A stretch of 64,000 nucleotides of DNA from a phage, in sequence record PZ154896.1; one strand, given 5' to 3'. The position numbers were made by a program, and so were the translations under genes. The notes beneath the pieces are model-generated. The model worked only from the letters and a program-made list of their open reading frames with translations. It was not told where the DNA came from and ran no database searches. Positions 55,903 to 64,000 of the stretch are shown here, in pieces. Each line of letters starts with the position of its first letter. Position 1 is the first letter of the stretch.

Positions 55903-57707
55903 TGAAACAAAATATTAAAATTGGTAACGTCGTTGATGACGGACAAGGCGATTACCTTCGTCGAGGTGGTGAAAAAATAAATGAGAACTTTGACGAAATC
56001 TATTATGAATTAGGTGATGGTGAAGTTCCTTATTCCGCTGGCGCATGGAAGACTTATGATGCGGCTGATGGTCTTAATCTTAAGGCGGCTTGGGGTAAAT
56101 CTTATGCAATTAATACTACTTCTGGCCGGGTTTCGGTAAATCTTCCTAAAGGGACAATTGCAGACTATAATAAAGTTATTCGTGCTCGTGACGTATTTGC
56201 AACTTGGAACATTAACCCTGTTACTTTAATTCCAGCAAACGGAGACACGATTAAAGGTTCTTCATCTCCGGTAGAAATTAACGTTCAGTTCTCTGATTTA
56301 GAATTAGTTTATTGTGCTCCTGGACGTTGGGAATACATCAAGAACAAACAAATTGATAAAATAGTTAGCTCTGACATTAGTAATGTTGCTCGTAGAGAAT
56401 ATCTGGTTGAAACCCAAGGTCAGACCGATTTCATGGATGTTTTTAACGGGACCTCTTATAACGTTAACAACATTCGTGTAAAACATCGTGGCAACGAATT
56501 GTATTATGGTGATGTATTCAGTGATAATAGCGATTTTGGTTCGCCAGGCGCTAATCCTGGTGAACTGGTTGCACTTGATGGATTTAATATTAGATTACGC
56601 CAACCATGTAATGTTGGTGACACCGTACAAATTGAGACATTCCTAGATGGTGTTTCTCAGTGGCGTAGTTCATATACTCGTCGCCAAGTTCGCATTTTAG
56701 ATAGTAAATTGACTGCTAAAAAGTCTATTGATGGAAGTATTTACGTCACTGATTTGAGTACGTTCCGGTCTATTCCATTTACAGCATTTGGTATTAATCC
56801 TACGGAACCACCTAACCCGAATTCGTTAGAAGTTCGCTTCAATGGTATTCTCCAAGAATTAGCTGGTACTGTTGGAACTCCTATTTTCCGCTGTGAAGGT
56901 GTGGATGCTGACTCTGAAGAGTCATGCGCTAATCTCGGTGGGACATGGACTCAATCGTATACAGATTATGCGATTGAATATACTGATAATATCCCTAGCG
57001 CAATTCTGTTTGACCGTCAATTTGAAGACCAAGACATTATTACCATCACATGGTTTAATAACGATTTAGGAACTCTTCTTGAAATGGACGAAATCCTTGA
57101 TGTCGCTGATGAGAAATATGTTTCTCAAGGGTCTAACATTGAAATTACTGGTGACGTTGCATTAACCGATTTCGATAAAATTGGATGGCCTAATGTAGAA
57201 CCTGTTCCTAAGTATGAACGTGAATTCTCGACTATCTCAGCAATATTTGATACAATTTATCCTGTCGGGACTATTTACGAAAATGCGGTTAACCCTAATA
57301 ATCCGGCCACTTATTTAGGTTTTGGTTCGTGGAAAATTTGGGGACAAGGCAAAGTATTAGCAGGTTGGAATGACGACGCGTCGGATCCTAATTTTGCATT
57401 AAATAATAATGACCTTGACGTCAATGGTAACCCTACTCATACCGCAGGTGGTACCGTTGGTGTAACAACCATCACATTAGAAAATGCTGATTTACCAGCT
57501 ACGCAAACCGATGAAAAGGTTCTTATTTCTGATGATAATGGTACAGTAATTATAGGCGGTTGCCAATATGACCCAGATGAAGAAGGTCCTATTTACACTA
57601 AATATCGTGAAGACCATGCAAAGACTAACGGATCTCATGTTCCAGCGCGTTCTATAACTAATATTCAGCCATCTATAACTGTATACCGTTGGGTAAGGAT
57701 TGCATAA
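55902..57707 (+). CDS. 10: baseplate wedge protein gp10
   Basis: 601 aa; size and order as T4 gp10. Confidence 0.88.
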   Translation: MKQNIKIGNVVDDGQGDYLRRGGEKINENFDEIYYELGDGEVPYSAGAWKTYDAADGLNLKAAWGKSYAINTTSGRVSVNLPKGTIADYNKVIRARDVFATWNINPVTLIPANGDTIKGSSSPVEINVQFSDLELVYCAPGRWEYIKNKQIDKIVSSDISNVARREYLVETQGQTDFMDVFNGTSYNVNNIRVKHRGNELYYGDVFSDNSDFGSPGANPGELVALDGFNIRLRQPCNVGDTVQIETFLDGVSQWRSSYTRRQVRILDSKLTAKKSIDGSIYVTDLSTFRSIPFTAFGINPTEPPNPNSLEVRFNGILQELAGTVGTPIFRCEGVDADSEESCANLGGTWTQSYTDYAIEYTDNIPSAILFDRQFEDQDIITITWFNNDLGTLLEMDEILDVADEKYVSQGSNIEITGDVALTDFDKIGWPNVEPVPKYEREFSTISAIFDTIYPVGTIYENAVNPNNPATYLGFGSWKIWGQGKVLAGWNDDASDPNFALNNNDLDVNGNPTHTAGGTVGVTTITLENADLPATQTDEKVLISDDNGTVIIGGCQYDPDEEGPIYTKYREDHAKTNGSHVPARSITNIQPSITVYRWVRIA

Positions 57708-58366
57708 TGACTGTACTTAATACAAAGGCGGGAGTTATTTCCCGTCATGCTGATTTTTTGAATTACAGAAAAAATCCAGCTCAAATTGATGTTTTAAACA
57801 ACCAAGCTGTAGGTTCAGTGACTATTTCTCAGTTAGCTCGCGGTTTTTATGATGCTAACGTAGAATCTGCAATAAATGATGTCCATAATATGGCACGAGC
57901 TGATATTGGTACTGTTGTCACAAACACTTCAGGCGTATCGCCTGAAGGTACAGCACAAGTTGATTATTGGACTTTTTCTGGTGATGTTCTCGACGATACT
58001 TTGACCCCTGGAACGCCGGTCGTTATTAACGTATTTGGACTTGCTGTTAAAGCAACAATCGGTATGACTGATAACGAATTAACGGCACAAGTTCGTATAG
58101 CTTTACAAGAAGCCATTGCTAATCAAATCGCTATTTCTTCTTATAAAGACCATCCTACCGAAGGTAATAAACTTCAGGTGACATATTTAGATAACCAACG
58201 TCATGTGTTGCCAACATATGCTTCGTTTGGTGTAACAATTTCGCAAGAAATTTTGTCTGAAGCAAAATCCGGATACGGAACATGGAATTTATTGGGTGCC
58301 CAAACGGTTACTCTTGATAACCATAGCACTCCTACCGTTTTCTACCACTTTGTGAGAGCCTCATGA
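57707..58366 (+). CDS. 11: baseplate wedge / short-tail-fibre attachment protein gp11
   Basis: 219 aa from [12 protein letters not shown]; near-colinear by recall with T4 gp11. Confidence 0.88.
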   Translation: MTVLNTKAGVISRHADFLNYRKNPAQIDVLNNQAVGSVTISQLARGFYDANVESAINDVHNMARADIGTVVTNTSGVSPEGTAQVDYWTFSGDVLDDTLTPGTPVVINVFGLAVKATIGMTDNELTAQVRIALQEAIANQIAISSYKDHPTEGNKLQVTYLDNQRHVLPTYASFGVTISQEILSEAKSGYGTWNLLGAQTVTLDNHSTPTVFYHFVRAS

Positions 58367-59946
58367 GTAATAACAATACATACCAACACGTTTCAAACGA
58401 ATCCGTTTACGTTGAATTCGACCCTACGGGGTCGAATTTTCCAGATACAGTCACTAATGTCCAAGCCGCATTAGCTGCTATTTCTCCTTCAGGTGTTAAT
58501 GGCGTACCGGAAGCAACAACTACTACACCAGGAATTATTCAAATAGCTACTCCACAAGAAGTTATTGATGGATTAGATAATAGTAAAGCTGTTACTCCGG
58601 CAACACTGAATGCTCGTCTACAATATCCTAATGCAACCGAAACTCAATATGGCTTAACTCGTTATGCTACTGAAGACGAAGCAGTAACCGGAGCTATTGA
58701 CGATGCATCAATTACTCCGCTTAAATTGAATCAAAAAATAGACAATGTATTTCAGACAAAAGTGTCAACAGAAGCAACAAATGGTGTAATTAAAATTTCA
58801 ACTTCTGCCGCGGCATTAGCTGGTTCTGACGATACAACAGCAATGACTCCGTTAAAAACGCAACAATTAGCAATTAAACTTATTTCGCAAATTGCTCCAA
58901 ATAATAGTGACGCCACCGAATCTATTACAGGTGTTGTTCGTTTGGCTACAGTAGCTCAAGCACAACAAGGCACCCTGCGTGAAGGCTATGCAATTTCACC
59001 TTATACCTTTATGAATTCAGTAGCATCAGAAACTAATAAAGGTGTCGTTAAACTAGGGACACAGACTGAAGTAAATAGTAACAACTCTTCAGCTGTAGTG
59101 ACAGGCGCAACATTAAACGGGCGTGGGGCTACAACTTCTTTACGTGGAGTTGTTCGTTTAACTACACAAGCTGGTAGCCAATCAGGTGGTGATGGTTCTT
59201 CTGCCCTTGCTTGGAATGCTGATGTTATCCACCAACGAGGTGGACAAACTATTAACGGCACGCTTCGCATTAATAATACGTTGACGGTTGGTTCTGGTGG
59301 CGCTAATATAACGGGTAATGTCAATATGACCGGCGGTTATATTCAAGGCAATCGTATTGTGACTCAAAATGAATTAGACCGAATTCTTCCAGTTGGCGCT
59401 ATTACAATGTGGGCTGCAGATAGTTTACCGAGTTCTGACTGGCGCTTCTGTCATGGTGGGACTGTTTCTGCTTCAGAATGTCCGGTATATGCTTCCAGAA
59501 TTGGGACACGATATGGTGGTAGTTCTTCTAACCCAGGCTTGCCTGATATGCGTGGATTATTTGTTCGCGGCTCAGGTCGTGGTAATCATTTAACTAACCC
59601 TAATGTTAATGGTAATGACCAATTTGGTAAGCCTCGTCTGGCGGTAGGTTGTACCGGTGGGTATGTCGGTGAAGTGCAAAAACAACAGATGTCATATCAT
59701 AAGCATGCTGGCGGTTTTGGTGAACATGACGATTCCGGTGCATTTGGTAATACTCGTCGTTCAAACTTTGTTGGTACACGTAAAGGACTTGACTGGGATA
59801 ACCGTTCGTATTTTACTAACGAGGGATATGAAATTGATCCAGCGTCTCAGCGTAACTCTAAATATACCATGAATCGTCCAGAATTAATTGGAAATGAAAC
59901 TCGCCCATGGAATATTTCTTTAAACTATATCATTAAGGTAAAATAA
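58363..59946 (+). CDS. 12: short tail fibre protein gp12
   Basis: 527 aa, identical length to T4 gp12. Confidence 0.88.
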   Translation: MSNNNTYQHVSNESVYVEFDPTGSNFPDTVTNVQAALAAISPSGVNGVPEATTTTPGIIQIATPQEVIDGLDNSKAVTPATLNARLQYPNATETQYGLTRYATEDEAVTGAIDDASITPLKLNQKIDNVFQTKVSTEATNGVIKISTSAAALAGSDDTTAMTPLKTQQLAIKLISQIAPNNSDATESITGVVRLATVAQAQQGTLREGYAISPYTFMNSVASETNKGVVKLGTQTEVNSNNSSAVVTGATLNGRGATTSLRGVVRLTTQAGSQSGGDGSSALAWNADVIHQRGGQTINGTLRINNTLTVGSGGANITGNVNMTGGYIQGNRIVTQNELDRILPVGAITMWAADSLPSSDWRFCHGGTVSASECPVYASRIGTRYGGSSSNPGLPDMRGLFVRGSGRGNHLTNPNVNGNDQFGKPRLAVGCTGGYVGEVQKQQMSYHKHAGGFGEHDDSGAFGNTRRSNFVGTRKGLDWDNRSYFTNEGYEIDPASQRNSKYTMNRPELIGNETRPWNISLNYIIKVK

Positions 59947-61394
59947 TGACTGATATAACTCTGGTAGATTTACCATATGTTGACGGCCCGCCAGACGCGG
60001 GTCAGAGTCGTATTGAATGGATTAAAAACGATGAAGAAATAACAGGTGCTGACACAAAATACGGTTCTGAAGGTGTAATGAACCGTCCTATTGTTGAAGT
60101 TCAACGTAACGTAGAAGCGTTAGATGTTAATATTAAAACTATAGCATCTTCTCTGAATACAGCCAATAAAGATATCAAAGTTATTCAAGGTATTTTAGAT
60201 GTTTCTGGGGATGTTGATGCTCTTGCGCAGATAGGCCAGAACACCCAAGATATCGATGTCATTAAAGTCACAGTTCAAACCCATGCTAGTGAATTGAATG
60301 ATTTGAATAAACATATTGATGCGAATACTGATGATATTGGCGTTTATAATCAGGAAACAGATTCAGTTTATAGAACGGTTCGTAACGACCTGCTTTGGAT
60401 TAAAAATGAATTAGGACAATATACCGGTCAAGATATTAATGGGGTTCCTACTCCAGGAAATGATAGCACTGGTATGAAACGCCGTATTATGACTAATAGC
60501 TCCGTGATTGTTGACCACGGTGTTCGATTAACTGATTTAGAAACTAAATTTGCTGATTCTGACGTCGGCTCTTTAACTAATGAAGTCGAACACTTACGCG
60601 AAGAAATGGGACCTCGCACTTCTTTCACTACTCCAGTATTTAGTCGTCTTTCCGGTATTGATTTAACTTTGTCGCGTCAAAATGCTGACTTAGATGGCAT
60701 TAAACGGTCTATTGGGTATCCTAATACGACTTCTATTATTACTACAACTAATGCGAATAGTTCAGCAATAAACGACATTAATCTTGAGCTCAATCAATCG
60801 GGTGGTATTAAACCTCGTTTGACCACAGTAGAAACTGCCATTGGCGCCGATGATTTGCCTACTACAATCCAAGGACGTATTAAACTCAATACTGATGCTA
60901 TCGGAGCATTGAACACTGTTGTCGGCTCTGATTCTTCGTCAGGATTGCGTTTTAATGTGTCATGGTTAAATAACGTAGTTGGTGTTGACGCTTCAGGTGG
61001 GAAACCGGAACCAGACGGCTCTTTGCTTTATCGTACTAGAGCGCTTGAAGGATCTATCGGTGAGATGAGTAACGACATTCAGAACATTCAAACTGATGTT
61101 GGGACTAATACCACAGGGGTTAAGGGTTCTGTAAACACATTAAATACTCTTATAAACGGCACCAACCCAAATGGTTCGACTGTTGAAGAACGTGGTATAT
61201 TGCCTACAGTTAAAAGTCATGATACGACAATTAATGGTTTAACTTCTAGAATTGCTACTCTTGAAACTGATTTGGCCGCTGCAGAAGCTGAAATCCAAAC
61301 TCTTAAGGACGCTGGATATATTGAAGATGCTCCTTCAGACGGTAAATTCTATGTTCGCAAAGACGGTGCATGGGTTGAACTTCCTACAGCTTAA
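59946..61394 (+). CDS. wac: fibritin (whisker/neck protein)
   Basis: 482 aa; coiled-coil repeats; C-terminal foldon GYIEDAPSDGKFYVRKDGAWVELP. Confidence 0.9.
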   Translation: MTDITLVDLPYVDGPPDAGQSRIEWIKNDEEITGADTKYGSEGVMNRPIVEVQRNVEALDVNIKTIASSLNTANKDIKVIQGILDVSGDVDALAQIGQNTQDIDVIKVTVQTHASELNDLNKHIDANTDDIGVYNQETDSVYRTVRNDLLWIKNELGQYTGQDINGVPTPGNDSTGMKRRIMTNSSVIVDHGVRLTDLETKFADSDVGSLTNEVEHLREEMGPRTSFTTPVFSRLSGIDLTLSRQNADLDGIKRSIGYPNTTSIITTTNANSSAINDINLELNQSGGIKPRLTTVETAIGADDLPTTIQGRIKLNTDAIGALNTVVGSDSSSGLRFNVSWLNNVVGVDASGGKPEPDGSLLYRTRALEGSIGEMSNDIQNIQTDVGTNTTGVKGSVNTLNTLINGTNPNGSTVEERGILPTVKSHDTTINGLTSRIATLETDLAAAEAEIQTLKDAGYIEDAPSDGKFYVRKDGAWVELPTA

Positions 61395-61401
61395 TGAAAA
61401 G

Positions 61402-61416
61402 GGCCTTCGGGCCCTA
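61402..61416 (+). other. UUCG-tetraloop hairpin between wac and gene 13
   Basis: GGGCC-ttcg-GGCCC just before AAGGA SD of gene 13; no U tract. Confidence 0.4.
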
Positions 61417-61426
61417 AAGGATTTAT

Positions 61427-62353
61427 ATGTCAGGTTATAATGCACAAAACCCTAAAGAATTAAAGGACGTAATATTACGTCGTTTAGGCGCTCCTATTGT
61501 AAATGTTGAATTAACTACAGATCAAATTTATGATTGTATTTCACGAGCGTTAGAACTTTACGGCGAATACCATTTTGACGGGTTGAATAAAGGTTTCCAT
61601 GTATTTTTTGTTGATGACGAAGAAAAATACCGTCACGGCGTATTTGATATGCGTGGTTCTAACGTATTTGCTGTAACAAGAATTATAAGAACAAACGTTG
61701 GCTCTATTACTTCAATGGATGGTAATGCAACTTATCCATGGTTCACTGATTTCCTTTTAGGAATGGCCGGTGTTTCAGGTGGTATGGGTAGTAATTGCGG
61801 TAAATTCTACGGCCCGAACGCTTTTGGCGCTGATCTCGGGTATTATTCTCAATTAGTATCTTATATGGGTATGCTTCAAGATATGATTGCTCCTCTTCCA
61901 GATTTTTGGTTTAACTCTGCAAACGAGCAATTAAAAGTAATGGGTAACTTTAGACAGAAAGATGTCATTATCGTTGAATCGTATGTTCGCTCTTATATCG
62001 AGACCCATAAGATGGTAGGAAATACAGTAGGGTACGGACAAGTAGGTCCTCGTGATTCATGGTCTATTTCTGAACGTTATGATAATCCAGACCATAATTT
62101 GGTCGGACGTCGAGTTGGTGAAGATCCTGCAACTAAACAAGGCGCATATAACAACCGCTGGGTTAAAGATTATGCAACTGCATTAGCTAAAGAGCTTAAC
62201 GGACAAATTCTTGCTAGACATCAAGGTATGATGTTACCTGGTGGCGTCACTGTTGATGGTGTTCGATTAATTGAAGAAGCTCGTTTAGAGAAAGAAGCTT
62301 TACGAGAAGAGTTATATTTACTGGACCCTCCTGCAGGTATTTTGGTAGGTTAA
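61427..62353 (+). CDS. 13: neck protein gp13
   Basis: 308 aa; size and order as T4 gp13. Confidence 0.85.
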   Translation: MSGYNAQNPKELKDVILRRLGAPIVNVELTTDQIYDCISRALELYGEYHFDGLNKGFHVFFVDDEEKYRHGVFDMRGSNVFAVTRIIRTNVGSITSMDGNATYPWFTDFLLGMAGVSGGMGSNCGKFYGPNAFGADLGYYSQLVSYMGMLQDMIAPLPDFWFNSANEQLKVMGNFRQKDVIIVESYVRSYIETHKMVGNTVGYGQVGPRDSWSISERYDNPDHNLVGRRVGEDPATKQGAYNNRWVKDYATALAKELNGQILARHQGMMLPGGVTVDGVRLIEEARLEKEALREELYLLDPPAGILVG

Positions 62354-62354
62354 T

Positions 62355-63119
62355 ATGGCAACTTATGATAAAAATCTTTTCGCCAAACTAGAAAATCGTG
62401 GTGGGTATTCTCAGACAAATGAAACCGAAATCCTCAACCCATTTGTCAATTTTAATAACTATGAGAATAGTCAGACATTAGCCGATGTTCTAGTGGCAGA
62501 AAGCATACAGATGCGCGGTATTGAATGTTTTTATGTTCCACGTGAATATGTTGCCGCGGACCTTATCTTTGGTGAGGACCTTAAAAATAAATTTACTAAA
62601 GCATGGAAATTTGCTGCATATCTGAACTCTTTTGAAGGTTATGAAGGAGCGAAATCGTTCTTCAGCAACTTCGGAATGCAAGTTCAAGACGAAGTTACAT
62701 TATCTATTAACCCGGGTCTTTTCAAACACCAGGTCAACAATCAGGAGCCCAAGGAAGGTGATTTAATATACTTCCCAATGGATAACAGTTTGTTTGAGAT
62801 TAACTGGGTTGAACCATATGACCCATTCTATCAAGTAGGTAAAAATGCGATTCGTAAAATTACTGCAGGCAAGTTTATTTACTCTGGCGAAGAAATCAAT
62901 CCGGTGCTTCAGAAAAATGAAGGTATCAATATACCTGAATTTAGTGACTTGGAACTTAACCCTGTTAGAAATCTTGACGGTATCCATGACATTAATATCG
63001 ATGAATATTCTGAAGTTGAGCAAATCAATTCAGAGGCAAGTGAATACGTTGAGCCGTATGTAGTAGTTAACAACCGTGGTAGACAAAATTCACCATTTGA
63101 CGATGGGTTTATGAATTAA
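62355..63119 (+). CDS. 14: neck protein gp14
   Basis: 254 aa; size and order as T4 gp14. Confidence 0.85.
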   Translation: MATYDKNLFAKLENRGGYSQTNETEILNPFVNFNNYENSQTLADVLVAESIQMRGIECFYVPREYVAADLIFGEDLKNKFTKAWKFAAYLNSFEGYEGAKSFFSNFGMQVQDEVTLSINPGLFKHQVNNQEPKEGDLIYFPMDNSLFEINWVEPYDPFYQVGKNAIRKITAGKFIYSGEEINPVLQKNEGINIPEFSDLELNPVRNLDGIHDINIDEYSEVEQINSEASEYVEPYVVVNNRGRQNSPFDDGFMN

Positions 63120-63171
63120 TAAATAGATAAGATAAAGCAAACACCGGTCGAAAGGCCGGTTAGGAGAAATG

Positions 63172-63993
63172 ATGTTTGGTTATTTTTACAACTCGTCGTT
63201 CAGGCGATATATCACAATGATGGGCGATTTGTTTTCAAATATCCAAGTTAACCGTCAATTGTCTACAGGCAATAAATTAATTAGAGTTCCTATTACGTAT
63301 GCATCTAAAGAGCACTTTATGATGAAACTTAATAAATGGACCTCTATAAACTCACAAGAAGATGTGGCTAAAGTCGAAACTATTCTACCGCGTATAAATC
63401 TTCAAATGGTAGATTTCGTTTATAACCCAACGTTTAAAACGAATATATTGAATAACTCTCTTTTGAGTAAATCGACTAAGGATATTGTAGACCAATACAA
63501 CCCATCACCAATTAAAATGATTTTTGAACTGAGCATCTTTACTCGTTATGAAGATGATATGTTCCAAATCGTTGAGCAAATTATTCCATATTTTCAGCCG
63601 CATTTTAATACGACTATGATTGAGCAATATGGGCAGGATATTCCATTTGAAAGGGATATTAAAGTCGTATGGATGTCAGCAGCAATGGATGAACAAATAG
63701 ACGGTGATAATTTATCCCGTCGACGTTTAGAGTGGTCATTAACATTTGAAGTAAATGGATGGATGTATCCTCCGGTAGGCGCAGCAGAAGGCCTTATTAA
63801 AACGACTTATCTTGATTTTCATGCTAATGAACGAGACCTTCAAACGGCCGCCAGTGTTTTTGAATCAGTTGATACAGAAATTAAACCGAGAGACGTTGAA
63901 GCACAAGATTGGAATGGCGAAGTTGAACAAACTTATACTCATGATATTCCAATCCCGACTCCACCAACCCCTCCTGGTCCTAGAAAACAATAA
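63172..63993 (+). CDS. 15: tail sheath stabiliser / tail terminator gp15
   Basis: 273 aa from MFGYFYNSSF; size and order as T4 gp15. Confidence 0.85.
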   Translation: MFGYFYNSSFRRYITMMGDLFSNIQVNRQLSTGNKLIRVPITYASKEHFMMKLNKWTSINSQEDVAKVETILPRINLQMVDFVYNPTFKTNILNNSLLSKSTKDIVDQYNPSPIKMIFELSIFTRYEDDMFQIVEQIIPYFQPHFNTTMIEQYGQDIPFERDIKVVWMSAAMDEQIDGDNLSRRRLEWSLTFEVNGWMYPPVGAAEGLIKTTYLDFHANERDLQTAASVFESVDTEIKPRDVEAQDWNGEVEQTYTHDIPIPTPPTPPGPRKQ

Positions 63994-64000
63994 GAGGTAA

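Noticed and set aside
59941-59949. Possible read-through fusion of gene 12 and wac suggested by an apparent extra A at the junction
   Set aside because: The ORF track shows the normal TAATG overlap; the discrepancy is most likely my base-counting error in the printed sequence.

Overview
This window is a contiguous segment of a T4-like (T-even, Straboviridae) myovirus genome, colinear with the T4 map from gene 45 through gene 15. Bases 1-45,700 are transcribed entirely on the minus strand: replication/recombination genes (45, 46, 47), late sigma factor gp55, the anaerobic ribonucleotide reductase module (nrdH-nrdG-nrdD), endonuclease VII (49), nrdC, rI, tk, regB, denV, lysozyme e, nudE, two tRNAs, 57B/57A and genes 1, 3, 2, 4, separated by blocks of small accessory ORFs. 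Bases 45,760-64,000 are the plus-strand late baseplate, short tail fibre, fibritin and neck cluster (53, 5, 5.1, 5.4, 6-12, wac, 13-15). Identifications rest on recalled sequence similarity to T4 proteins, motifs and synteny; no database search was run. Differences from T4: no alpha-glucosyltransferase between 47 and 55, an uninterrupted nrdD, and only two tRNAs, which suggests an RB69/JS98-like relative rather than T4 itself. The most interesting content is in the hyperplastic regions: an expanded set of seven genes whose products carry the N-terminal capsid-targeting sequence of T4 internal proteins (candidate injected anti-defence effectors); at least 24 promoter plus stem-loop cassettes of the PeSL type; two paralog families defined by conserved C-terminal tails; two Pol-beta-type nucleotidyltransferase-fold proteins; a macro-domain protein; a GrcA-like glycyl-radical protein; and homologs or syntenic candidates of the anti-CBASS genes 57B (Acb1) and vs.4 (Acb2). 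Coordinates of hand-located regulatory elements are approximate (+/- 2 nt); printed positions around 59,940-61,430 appeared shifted by 1 nt relative to the ORF track.
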